From NCBI GenBank assembly GCA_965262725.1, contig OZ253555.1:832001-896000 (forward strand): DNA of 64,000 bases. Direction: 5' to 3'. This document shows positions 49,460 to 58,719 of the stretch, one piece after another. How positions within the stretch are numbered: the stretch's first letter is position 1; each line of letters opens with the position of its first letter. The position numbers and the translations under genes were made by a program. The DNA comes from Dehalococcoidia bacterium (GTDB lineage: Bacteria; Chloroflexota; Dehalococcoidia; UBA2979). The notes below the pieces were generated by a model. It searched no databases. It was not told the DNA's origin and was given only the letters and a program-made list of their open reading frames with translations.

Positions 49460-50662
49460 ATGCAGCCACTCGTAGGCCTGCGGGTCGTGGAAGTCGGCGG
49501 GACGCTTGCGGCTGGCGCCGCCACCAAGCGGTATTCGGATTTCGGCGCGCGGGTCACCAAGGTCGAGCCGCCTACAGGCGGCGAGATCCGGCGCCTGGCA
49601 CCGTTCCCCGCAGACCGCCCGCACCTCGATACCGGCGCGATGCACATGGCGTTCGACACCGGGAAGCGCTCGCTTGCGCTCGATCTCGCGACGCCGTCGG
49701 GGCGAGAGGTGCTCAACCGGTTGCTCGCCGACGCCGACCTGCTGATAGCGCACCAGCCGGTGCCGGAGCTGCGCGACCTCCTCGATCGCATCGACCCGGA
49801 GGGAGGTCCCTGCACCGTCGTGATCACCGCCCACGGCATGGACGGGCCCTACGCGGAGCGGGCGGAGAACGATCTGACGCTCTTCGGGTGGTCGACGCGC
49901 GCGCATCGCCACTCCATCCAGGGGCGCGAGCCGCTGCGCTACGCGCCGCATGCGGGGATGATCCAGGTGGCGAACACTGCCGGGATGCTCGGCCTCGTCG
50001 CCATCTGGGGACGCCGGCAGGACGGACGGCGCCGCGACGTGGAGGTGGCTGGCGTCGAGGCGCTAATGGGCAACGTCGACAGCTCGTTCTTCCTCTGGGC
50101 CGTCAACGGCGCGGTCCAGCCGCGCTCGGGCGGGCAGTCCCGCAGGATCTATCCGATGGGCGCGTACCCCTGCAAGGACGGGCACGTGCTCTTCTCGGCG
50201 GCGCGGCATCCCTTCTTCACCAATCTCTGTCGGGTGATCGGACATCCCGAGGCGGCGTTCGACCCGCGCTTCACCGATCCGACGCAGCGCGCCGATCACT
50301 TCGACGAGTTCCACGGACTCCTGGTGCCGTGGCTCGCGACCCGTACGAAGTACGATATCTTCCATGAGATGCAGGCGGCGGGCGTGATGTGCGCGCCGGT
50401 GCTCGACGCCTCGGAGGTGATGACCGACCCGCAGTCTGAGGCGCGGAGGTCCTACGTGACGCTCGCGCAGCCGGGGCCGGGCGGCGAGCCGGTCGGGGTG
50501 ACGATTCCCGGTGCTCCGTACCGGATGAACGGCCTCCAGTCGGAGGCGTGGCAGGCGCGCCCGGCGCCGCGCCTCGGCGAGCACACTGGCGAGCTTCTCG
50601 ACGAGCTGGGCTACTCGAGGGACGAGCAGATCGCGCTCTTCCGGGCGGGGGTGACGGGATGA
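49460..50662 (+). CDS. Class III CoA-transferase subunit (lacks catalytic Asp), paralog of 46834
   Basis: Co-linear with the 46834 protein; the Asp position reads 'AGMIQ'. Confidence 0.88.
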   Translation: MQPLVGLRVVEVGGTLAAGAATKRYSDFGARVTKVEPPTGGEIRRLAPFPADRPHLDTGAMHMAFDTGKRSLALDLATPSGREVLNRLLADADLLIAHQPVPELRDLLDRIDPEGGPCTVVITAHGMDGPYAERAENDLTLFGWSTRAHRHSIQGREPLRYAPHAGMIQVANTAGMLGLVAIWGRRQDGRRRDVEVAGVEALMGNVDSSFFLWAVNGAVQPRSGGQSRRIYPMGAYPCKDGHVLFSAARHPFFTNLCRVIGHPEAAFDPRFTDPTQRADHFDEFHGLLVPWLATRTKYDIFHEMQAAGVMCAPVLDASEVMTDPQSEARRSYVTLAQPGPGGEPVGVTIPGAPYRMNGLQSEAWQARPAPRLGEHTGELLDELGYSRDEQIALFRAGVTG

Positions 50663-51912
50663 GCGGCGAGGCGCTCTCAGGCCTGCGCGTCGTGGAACTC
50701 TCCGAGGTCTGGGCGGGCCCCTTCGGCTGCTCGCTGCTCGGCGATCTCGGCGCCGACGTGATCAAGCTCGAGACCTACCCGCGCAACTCGGAGACGCGCC
50801 CCCTGCGCGAGCCGGATCCCCGCGTGGCGGACGGAGAGGGCCCCGTCTACGAGCGCGTCAACACGCACCACCACGGCAACCGCAACAAGCGCAACATCGC
50901 CGTCGACATCCGCACCGAGGAGGGCGCCGAGATCCTCCGGCGGTTGATCCGCTGGGGGGATGTCCTGGTCGAGAGCTTCTCCGCTGGGACCCTGGCCCGC
51001 ATGGGCTTCGGCTGGGACGCGGTGCACGCGCTCAACTCACGGATCACGCTGGTCTCCCTCGCCGGCTGGGGGCAGGAGGGGCCCTACGGTGGCTACCGCA
51101 TGTTCGGCGTCGGCTTCGACGCGATGACCGGCCACGCCTCCGTGCGCGGCTACCCCGACGGGACGATGTCGGACATGATCCCCATCCTCCACTCGGACGC
51201 GACCGTGCCGCTGGCGTGGATCTTCGGCGTGGTGGGCGCGCTGACGGAGCGCGAGCGGACCGGCGAGGGAAGCTACCTCGACCTCGCGCAGATCGAAGAG
51301 CTCTCCACGAACGTCCCGCATCTGATCGCGGAGTGGACGCTGAATCACCGCCTGCCGCGACGCCTGGGGGACAGCGACCCGCACGTTGTCCCCCATGGCT
51401 GCTACCGGGCGGCGGGCGACGACTCCTGGGTGAACATCGCCGCCGAGAACGATCGCCAGTGGGCCGCACTCGCGGCAGCCGCCGGCCATCCCGAGTGGGC
51501 GGAGGACGGGCACGTGTGGGCGTCGGCGGCGGGGCGCCTCCGTGAGCGCGACGCCGTGGACGCCGCCGTCTCGGAGTACGCCGCGAGCGCCGACGCGTGG
51601 GCTGTCGCGGATGTCCTGCAGGCCGCGGGCGTGATCGCGGCGCCGGTGCTCGCCCCGGGCGGTCCGCTGCTGTCGCCGCAGCTGCACGCCCGCGAGTGGT
51701 TCCAGGCGGTCGATCACCCGTACCTGCCGAACCGGCTGCTCGGCGGCTTCCTCTGGCGCATGCGGCCGGATGCCCCCTCGTGGGACCGTCGCGCGGCGCT
51801 CGTGGGCGAGCACAACGGGGAGGTCCTGCAGCAGCTCGGCTACGACGCGGTTGAGATCGAACGGCTGCGCTCAGCGGACGTCATCGGCGACCGTTATCCC
51901 GACCCCTCCTAG
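50659..51912 (+). CDS. Class III CoA-transferase subunit (catalytic Asp present), paralog of 48113
   Basis: WAGP, DLGADVIKLE, NRNKR and HSDAT. Confidence 0.9.
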   Translation: MSGEALSGLRVVELSEVWAGPFGCSLLGDLGADVIKLETYPRNSETRPLREPDPRVADGEGPVYERVNTHHHGNRNKRNIAVDIRTEEGAEILRRLIRWGDVLVESFSAGTLARMGFGWDAVHALNSRITLVSLAGWGQEGPYGGYRMFGVGFDAMTGHASVRGYPDGTMSDMIPILHSDATVPLAWIFGVVGALTERERTGEGSYLDLAQIEELSTNVPHLIAEWTLNHRLPRRLGDSDPHVVPHGCYRAAGDDSWVNIAAENDRQWAALAAAAGHPEWAEDGHVWASAAGRLRERDAVDAAVSEYAASADAWAVADVLQAAGVIAAPVLAPGGPLLSPQLHAREWFQAVDHPYLPNRLLGGFLWRMRPDAPSWDRRAALVGEHNGEVLQQLGYDAVEIERLRSADVIGDRYPDPS

Positions 51913-52011
51913 CGCCCTCACCCACCCGTCGCGGCGTGATCGTCACGACGGCGCGAGCTAAGCTCGACCCGCCGGGTGGGCGCGAGTCCCCCGCGCTGTC
52001 GGAGGGAGCGT

Positions 52012-53472
52012 ATGGCGACCGAGGATTCGCCGCAGGAGCGCGAACGGCCGTCGCCGGCGGGTGACCGGCCGGACGATGTCTCGGCGGAGGCGCTCGCCGA
52101 GAGGAACCTCTCCGACCCCCGGCAGGCGAGGCGCCACGCGCAGGTCCGCCGCTTCGTGCGCCCGGTGGAGCGCTTCATCCGGCTGGAGGTTGCCGGCGGC
52201 GTCGTCATCGTCGTCGCCGTGCTTCAGGCACTCGTCTGGGCGAACTCGCCCTGGTCCGAGAGCTACCACGAGCTCTTCGACATCCACTTCGCCGTGGACG
52301 TCTGGCTGTGGGCCTTCGACGAGTCCCTGAAGCACTGGATCGACGACGCGGCGATGGTCGTCTTCTTCTTCCTGGTCGGGCTCGAAATCAAGCGCGAGAT
52401 CGTCCTCGGCGAGCTCGCCTCGCCCCGGCGACTCGCGGTGCCGCTGGCCGCTGCGTTCGGCGGCATAGTGGTTCCGGTGTTGATCTTCCTTGTCTTCGTG
52501 GACGGCGAGGAGGCGAGGCGCGGGTGGGCGATCCCGATGGCCACCGACATCGCGATCGCGCTCGGCGTGCTGACGCTGCTCGGCTCCCGGATCCCGGCGG
52601 GCCTCAAGGTGCTGCTGCTCGGTGTCGCCGTCGTCGACGACATCGGCGGCGTGCTGGTGATCGCCGCCTTCTACACCGAGGGGCTCAACTACACGGCGCT
52701 CATGATCGTCGGCGCCGTGCTGGTCACGGTGGCACTCTTCAAGCGCTACGGCGTGCGGCCCGTCTACGTCTACGTCGCGCTCGGCGTTGTTGGGTGGGGG
52801 GCGACGTATGCCTCCGGCATCCACCCCACGATTTTCGGCGTGATCATGGGTCTGATGACGCCGTCGCGTCCTCTCTACGACCCCGCCGCGTTCGGGGCGG
52901 TGGCCGAGCGGCTGATCGCGCAGTTCTGGCGCGCCCACGAGATCCCCGACAGGCACTTCCGCCGGGAGCACGAGGCGGATGCCCTGCACTCGCTGTCGAC
53001 GAGTGCGACTGAGACGGTCGCGCCGCTCGACCGGCTGGAGCGCAGCCTGCTGCCGTGGTCGGCTTTCCTCGTGGTTCCGCTGTTCGCCTTCGCCAACGCC
53101 GGCGTCGACCTCCGCGACGGGGCGCTCGAGGCCGCTCTCGGCTCGTCGCTCGCGCTCGGCGTGGGGATGGGCCTGGTGGTGGGGAAGCCGCTCGGCGTGA
53201 CGCTCGGCGCGTGGATCGCGGTCCGGTTCGGCGCGTCGCTTCCGAGCGGCGTGACGTGGACGCAGCTGGCGGCGATGGGGGTGATCGCTGGCATCGGGTT
53301 CACGGTGGCGCTCTTCATCACCGAGCTCTCCTACCCGGCCGAGGTGCTCGGCGTCGAGGCGGCGGATGAGCTGCTCCGCGAGGCGAAGGTCGGCATCCTG
53401 ATCGGCTCGGTTGTGGCGGCCCTGGCCGGCCTGCTCACGCTCGCGGTCGCGTCGAGGTCCGAGCGCGGATGA
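52012..53472 (+). CDS. nhaA: Na+/H+ antiporter NhaA
   Basis: FFFLVGLEIKRE, GWAIPMATDIA, VVDDIG, PLFAFANAG, GIGFTV.LFI and AKVGIL. Confidence 0.95.
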   Translation: MATEDSPQERERPSPAGDRPDDVSAEALAERNLSDPRQARRHAQVRRFVRPVERFIRLEVAGGVVIVVAVLQALVWANSPWSESYHELFDIHFAVDVWLWAFDESLKHWIDDAAMVVFFFLVGLEIKREIVLGELASPRRLAVPLAAAFGGIVVPVLIFLVFVDGEEARRGWAIPMATDIAIALGVLTLLGSRIPAGLKVLLLGVAVVDDIGGVLVIAAFYTEGLNYTALMIVGAVLVTVALFKRYGVRPVYVYVALGVVGWGATYASGIHPTIFGVIMGLMTPSRPLYDPAAFGAVAERLIAQFWRAHEIPDRHFRREHEADALHSLSTSATETVAPLDRLERSLLPWSAFLVVPLFAFANAGVDLRDGALEAALGSSLALGVGMGLVVGKPLGVTLGAWIAVRFGASLPSGVTWTQLAAMGVIAGIGFTVALFITELSYPAEVLGVEAADELLREAKVGILIGSVVAALAGLLTLAVASRSERG

Positions 53473-53530
53473 TGCGGCCTCAGGCGGCCGGGAGCGGCGC
53501 CCCCTCGCGGGGCCACGCCGGCCCGCGTTG

Positions 53531-54502
53531 ATGGGCTCGGGTCTCGCGGACCTCGCCCTGACGGCGGCGGGGCTCGGGGCGGTGCTTCTCGGGGCGTGGC
53601 TGCTCGTGAAGGGGGCGGCGCGCCTGGCCGTTGCCTTCGGGCTGTCGCCGCTGATCGTCGGGGCCACGGTGGTCGCCTTCGGTACCTCGGCTCCGGAGTT
53701 CGTGGTGAGCCTCGTCGCGGGTCTCGACGGATCCGGCGGACTCGCCGTCGGCAACGTGCTCGGCTCCAACGTCACGAACGTCGCGCTGGTGCTCGGCCTC
53801 GCCGGCGTCGCCCGCCCCATGGCCGTGCATCCACGGCTCCTCAGGTGGGAGATGCCGGTGCTGGCCGCGGCAACCGCGGCGGTCGTGCTCGTTGGCGTGG
53901 GCGGAACAATCGGGCACGCCGCCGGGGCCGCGCTGTTCGCGGCCCTGCTGGCCTTCGTCGTGCTCTCGCTCCGGCTGCGCCCGGAGGTGGCCGCCGTGCA
54001 GGTCGGCGGGGAGCTGCCCGAGGCGCGTGAGGAGCTCACGACGCGAGAGGTCGCCCGCGAGGTGGCGCTCGTCGTCGTCGGTATCGGAGCTCTCGCCGTC
54101 GGCTCCCAGATGGCCGTTCACGGGGCGGTCGCCAGCGCCGCGCGCATCGGCATCAGCGAGGTCGCGATCGGCGTCACGGTCGTGGCCATCGGTACGAGCC
54201 TCCCCGAGATCGTGACGAGCGCTGTCGCCGCACTCCGTGGCGAGCAGGAGATCGCCGTCGCCAACGTCGTGGGCTCGAACGTCTTCAACCTGCTGGGCGT
54301 GCTCGGTCTGACCGGGGCGCTGGCCACACTCCCGACGGCGTCCGAGCTCTACCGCTTCGAGATGCCGGCGCTCGTCGCATCGACGGCGGTTCTCTTTCTG
54401 CTGGCCTGGCCCCGGGGTCGTATCGGGCGGCCGGAGGGGGTCGCTCTCATCGTCGCCTACGCTGCTTTTCTCGCGATCGTGCTCGCGCGGGGCGGAGCGT
54501 AG
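53531..54502 (+). CDS. Ca2+/Na+ antiporter (CaCA, YrbG-like)
   Basis: Two alpha repeats: GTSAPE...GNVLGSN and GTSLPE...NVVGSN. Confidence 0.92.
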   Translation: MGSGLADLALTAAGLGAVLLGAWLLVKGAARLAVAFGLSPLIVGATVVAFGTSAPEFVVSLVAGLDGSGGLAVGNVLGSNVTNVALVLGLAGVARPMAVHPRLLRWEMPVLAAATAAVVLVGVGGTIGHAAGAALFAALLAFVVLSLRLRPEVAAVQVGGELPEAREELTTREVAREVALVVVGIGALAVGSQMAVHGAVASAARIGISEVAIGVTVVAIGTSLPEIVTSAVAALRGEQEIAVANVVGSNVFNLLGVLGLTGALATLPTASELYRFEMPALVASTAVLFLLAWPRGRIGRPEGVALIVAYAAFLAIVLARGGA

Positions 54503-54521
54503 GCCGCCGTCCGCGGGGCGC

Positions 54522-54947
54522 TCACGCCCCGGGCGCTCCCTCGGATCCGCCAGCTGCCTCCGCAGGCGAGGCGGCCCGTGCGCGCTGCCAGATCGAGAAC
54601 AGCGTGCGCCCGCCGACGTAGAGCACGACGACCCCAAAGATGCGAGAGAGCGTCTCGGAGTCGAGTTCGCCGGCGATCCGCGCGCCGACCACGGCGAGTA
54701 CGATCGCGGCCGGCGTGACGGTGGCCGCAAGCCGGCCGTCCACGTAGCCGCGCCTGAGGTTCGCCGTGGTCGCCGAGATCGCCGTCGGAATGACCGCGGC
54801 GAGGGAGATGCCCTGCGCGAGCTGCTGCTCGACGCCCAAGAATAGCACCAGTGCCGGTACGTAGAGCGTTCCGCCCCCGATGCCGAGTAGCCCGCCGGCG
54901 ACGCCGCCGGCCAGGCCGATCGCGAGCGCGCCGAGAATCTCCTCCAC
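54522..54947 (-). CDS. Half-size TauE/SafE (TSUP) transporter subunit
   Basis: GLLGIGGG..VP and AQGISL; about 4 TM. Confidence 0.82.
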   Translation of the reverse strand: MEEILGALAIGLAGGVAGGLLGIGGGTLYVPALVLFLGVEQQLAQGISLAAVIPTAISATTANLRRGYVDGRLAATVTPAAIVLAVVGARIAGELDSETLSRIFGVVVLYVGGRTLFSIWQRARAASPAEAAGGSEGAPGA

Positions 54948-54955
54948 CCCCGCGC

Positions 54956-55342
54956 CTACCCGAACACCAGAAGCCGCACGCCGACCGCGATCAGGAAGAG
55001 CGCGAAGACAGCGCGCAGCCGGGCTTCCGGCACGCTGTGCATCGCGCGGGCTCCGATCTGACCCCCGGCGACGCCGCCGACCGCGACGGCCACCGCCATC
55101 GCCCAGTCGACGTCACCGCGTCCGACGTAGAGCACGAGCGCGGCGGTCGCCGCGAAGATCACGACCACGAGAGACGTCGCGTGAGCCCGATGCTGCGGCA
55201 CGCGCAGAAGGCCGGTGAGAAGCGGGACCATCACCGTCCCGCCGCCGATACCCGTCAGGCCGGAGACGAACCCTCCGATCGTCCCCGTCGCGACGGCCCG
55301 CACCGGAGAGCGGGCGTCGGAACTCGTGGTCTGCGCTGTCAT
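54956..55342 (-). CDS. Half-size TauE/SafE (TSUP) transporter subunit
   Basis: SGLTGIGGG..MVP and AHATSL; about 4 TM. Confidence 0.82.
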   Translation of the reverse strand: MTAQTTSSDARSPVRAVATGTIGGFVSGLTGIGGGTVMVPLLTGLLRVPQHRAHATSLVVVIFAATAALVLYVGRGDVDWAMAVAVAVGGVAGGQIGARAMHSVPEARLRAVFALFLIAVGVRLLVFG

Positions 55343-56943
55343 CGCCCTGCCTTCCTTCCGATCGTAGCGGCGAACTCGCGCGCGAGAGTCGAGCGCTGCA
55401 CCTTACCGTTACGCGTGCGGGGGAGGGCCTCGACCACGCGGTACTCGTGCGGCCGCTTGTAGCCGGCGAGGTGCTGCTCCGCGTGGTGCCGCAGCGCCTC
55501 TTCGCCGATCGCCGCGCCCTCCTGGGGCACGACCGCGGCGATCACGATTGTCTTGTCCTCGTCGAGGGGGACGGCGACGACCGCCGCCTCGGCGACCGCA
55601 GGGTGCGTGGTCAGCGCCGCCTCGATCTCGACCGGCGACAGCCGGTAGCCGAAGGACTTGATGACGTCGTCTGAGCGCCCGTGGAACCAGACGTAGCCGT
55701 CGTCGTCAATCGTCGCCAGGTCGCCCCCTACGAACCACTCGCCGCGGTAGACGGCGTGCTCCTCCTCGGGCCGGCGCCAGTAGCCGAGCATCAGCCCGGG
55801 ATCCGATCGGTGCGCGGCGAGCATCCCCGTCGTTCCGCTCGGAAGCGGCCGTGCCGCGTCGGGGAGCTCGCCGTCCTCCGGCAGGATCGCGACGCGCCGC
55901 CCGGGCTGCGGGCGGCCAGGGGAACCCGGCCTAACGGGTGTGAGCGGCCCGGACGAGATATATGTCGAGAGCTCTGTCATGCCGAGCGCTTCGTAGAGAT
56001 CGGTGCCGACGCGGGAGCGCCACTCCTTGAGCAGGGCGATCGGCAGCGGCTCCCCGGCGCAGAGGCCGTGGCGCAGCGCGGTGAGCCCGGCGTCCTCGGG
56101 CCGCCCGTACTTCAGCATCTGGCGGTAGACGGTCGGCACCGCGCAGAACACCGTCACGCCGTACTGCCGCAGGATCGCCGGCCACCCGGAGGGGTCGTAG
56201 CGTCCCCCGAAGAGCAGCGCGTGCGCGCCAGCGAGCCACGGATCCATCAGCCCGACGCCGAGCGTGTAGGTCCAGTTCAGTGTTCCGGCGTGGAGCGTCA
56301 CGTCCTCGGGTGTGAAGCCCTCCCAGCCGTCGCGCATCAAGAGCCGCCCCCGGATCGTGCGGTGCGCGTGGAGCACGCCCTTGGGGCGCGCCGTGGTGCC
56401 GGAGGTGTAGACGAGGAACGCGGGATCCTCCTCGCGCGTCTCCGGGAGAGGGCCCGGCCCGTCGAGGTTCGCGAGCTCACTGCCGTCGACCGCGATGCCG
56501 GAGAATCCGGCGACTCGGGTCTCCGGGGCCGAGATCACGGCTGTCGCCGCACCATCCTCCACGAGGAACTCGGTCTCCTCGGCGGTGAGCTGCGGCGAGG
56601 CCGGGATCGGCACCAGGCCCGCCGCCGTGGCGCCGAAGAAGGCGAATGCGTACTCCGGCGAGTGCGGAAGCCGGACCAGGACGCGATCGCCGGGAGCCAG
56701 TCCCCGAGCAATCAGGCCGCGGCCGATGGCGGCCACCCGTTCCCAGAGCTCCTGGTAGCTCCAGCTTTCGGAGCGGTAGCGCCCGGGGGCCGGGTCGCCG
56801 CCCGCGGCCTCGTCGATGAAGCTGAAGGCAGGCCGCCGGGCGGTCGCGGGATCGGCGGCCTGCACCTCAATGCAGAGACGCGCGAGGTTGAGCGGCTCGC
56901 CGCGCTCGGAGGCGCTCGATGTGGGCGGCGGATCGGGAGTCAC
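55339..56943 (-). CDS. Acyl-CoA synthetase (AMP-forming)
   Basis: YTSGTTARPKG, GMTE, GDL, GRSDD and LPRTRNGK. Leaderless GTG 56943. Confidence 0.92.
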   Translation of the reverse strand: MTPDPPPTSSASERGEPLNLARLCIEVQAADPATARRPAFSFIDEAAGGDPAPGRYRSESWSYQELWERVAAIGRGLIARGLAPGDRVLVRLPHSPEYAFAFFGATAAGLVPIPASPQLTAEETEFLVEDGAATAVISAPETRVAGFSGIAVDGSELANLDGPGPLPETREEDPAFLVYTSGTTARPKGVLHAHRTIRGRLLMRDGWEGFTPEDVTLHAGTLNWTYTLGVGLMDPWLAGAHALLFGGRYDPSGWPAILRQYGVTVFCAVPTVYRQMLKYGRPEDAGLTALRHGLCAGEPLPIALLKEWRSRVGTDLYEALGMTELSTYISSGPLTPVRPGSPGRPQPGRRVAILPEDGELPDAARPLPSGTTGMLAAHRSDPGLMLGYWRRPEEEHAVYRGEWFVGGDLATIDDDGYVWFHGRSDDVIKSFGYRLSPVEIEAALTTHPAVAEAAVVAVPLDEDKTIVIAAVVPQEGAAIGEEALRHHAEQHLAGYKRPHEYRVVEALPRTRNGKVQRSTLAREFAATIGRKAGR

Positions 56944-56985
56944 GGGGGCCATTCTACGCGGCGTCGCCCCGTGGGGCGCTCGCGG

Positions 56986-57339
56986 CTACGCCGGCGCGAG
57001 CTCGACCACAGCGCTCATTGATCCGAGCGAGGTCGCGATGCGCGGGTCGGCGCCGTAGGAGTGGATCTGGCGCTGGTGCTCCGTGACGCGGTCGTGGCTC
57101 GCGGTCTCGATGATGACGCGCCCCTCGGTGTCGACGATGCGGGCGAGCACGAACGCCTTCTCCGGTCCGTACCCGAGCACCGAGCCCAGCATCTCCACGA
57201 CGTAGGCGTAGCTGTGCTGGTCATCGTCGATCAGGAGCAGGTGATAGAGAGGCTCGAGCTGATCGCTGGTGCTGCCAGAGGTCAGCTGCTCACGGGCCGG
57301 CGTGCCAACGCCGACCGACCCCGGCGGCGGCTGCCCCAT
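56986..57339 (-). CDS. clpS: ATP-dependent Clp protease adaptor ClpS-like protein
   Basis: YHLLLIDDDQHSYAYVVEML..V.G...EKA......VD.EGR. Confidence 0.8.
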   Translation of the reverse strand: MGQPPPGSVGVGTPAREQLTSGSTSDQLEPLYHLLLIDDDQHSYAYVVEMLGSVLGYGPEKAFVLARIVDTEGRVIIETASHDRVTEHQRQIHSYGADPRIATSLGSMSAVVELAPA

Positions 57340-57552
57340 CGCCCGCGAGGCGGCGGGTCGGGCGCGGTCGGAGCGTCGTGTGGCCATGCCACATTGTCGA
57401 TCCATCGGGGGGCAGCGCAAGGCGGGGCTGCGCCTCAGGCCGGAAGCGCCCGCGCAGCGAGCGCAACGAGCGCAGCGACGCCGTCCCCTGCGAAGGTGGG
57501 CCTCCCTGGGCGCAACGCATCGCCTGGGAGGGGCGCACGGCGGGCGGGCCCG

Positions 57553-58719
57553 CTACTCCCAGAAGATCAGCGGGTCGCGGCGCAGGCCGATGGCGATGGG
57601 GCCCGTGGCGGTGATGCGCTCGTGCGGTCCGAGGCGGACGCGCACGCGGACTCTCGCCCCGGGGGCGGGCATCTTCGTCGGCGTCTCCAGCTCCACGTGC
57701 AGGACCTGGTCGTGCCCGTAGTACTCGCGTTCGACGACGCGGCCCGGCGCGCCGCCCGCCTGCACCTGCAGGTCCTCGGGGCGCAGCACGACGGCGCAAC
57801 GGGAGCGGCCGGCGGGTGCGTCGTACTCCCCGAACGGCGTGAGCACGCAGCCCCGCTCGACGGGGTACTCGTAGATGTTTGCGTCGCCGATGAAGCGCGC
57901 CGCCGGGAGCGTCGCGGGGCGGGTGTAGACCTCGTCGGGCGTCCCGACCTGTTCGATGCGGCCCCGCCACATGAAGGCGACGCGGTCGGCGATCGAGAGC
58001 GCCTCCTCCTGATCGTGTGTCACGAGCAGCGCGGTGGCGCCGGCCCGCTTCACGATCGCGCGCAGTTCGGCGCGCACCTGCGCCCGAAGCGCGGGGTCGA
58101 GGCTCGAGAAGGGCTCGTCGAGGAGCAGCAGTCGCGGCCGGGGCGCCAGCGCCCGAGCGAGCGCGACGCGCTGCTGCTCGCCGCCGGAGAGCTCGTGCAC
58201 GCCCCGCTCCGCGGCGCCGGCGAGGCCGGTCAGCTCCAGGACCTCGGCAACGCGCGCCGCGCGGTGGGCGCCGCGGCGCCGGCGTCCCCGGAGGCCGCCG
58301 CCCGTGAGCCCGTACGCGACGTTCTGGGCAACCGTGAGGTGCGGGAAGAGGGCGTAGTCCTGGAAGACCATCCCGACGCCCCGGCGTTCCGGGGGCACGT
58401 GCAGATTCGGGCCGATCACCGGTTCGCCCCAGAGCGTGAGCTTGCCGGCCGTGGCCCGCTCGAAGCCGGCGATCAGCCGCAGCGTGGTGGTCTTCCCGCA
58501 GCCGGAGGGTCCGAGGAGCGTCATCAGCTCACCGGCGCGGACCGCGAGCGAGAGGTCGAGCACGCCGGCACGGTCCCCGAACATCCGCCGCAGCGCGGTC
58601 GCCTCCACGGCCGGAGCTTCGCCGACCGGGCGGGCGGCTCGCCTTGGCGGCTCGGCCGGGGACGTCTCGGACCGCCTGACGGCCGCGCTCAGGTCGAGCA
58701 TCGCCGGCTCAGGCGTCAC
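57553..58719 (-). CDS. ABC transporter ATP-binding protein (FbpC/PotA class)
   Basis: GPSGCGKTT, MVFQDYALFPH, LSGGEQQR, DEPFSSLD and a TOBE-like C-terminus. Confidence 0.92.
   Translation of the reverse strand: MTPEPAMLDLSAAVRRSETSPAEPPRRAARPVGEAPAVEATALRRMFGDRAGVLDLSLAVRAGELMTLLGPSGCGKTTTLRLIAGFERATAGKLTLWGEPVIGPNLHVPPERRGVGMVFQDYALFPHLTVAQNVAYGLTGGGLRGRRRRGAHRAARVAEVLELTGLAGAAERGVHELSGGEQQRVALARALAPRPRLLLLDEPFSSLDPALRAQVRAELRAIVKRAGATALLVTHDQEEALSIADRVAFMWRGRIEQVGTPDEVYTRPATLPAARFIGDANIYEYPVERGCVLTPFGEYDAPAGRSRCAVVLRPEDLQVQAGGAPGRVVEREYYGHDQVLHVELETPTKMPAPGARVRVRVRLGPHERITATGPIAIGLRRDPLIFWE

Noticed and set aside
57430-57460. TCAGGCCGGAAG...GCAGC resembling SRP RNA domain IV
   Set aside because: The stem closing GGAA and the AGCAG spacing do not fit.
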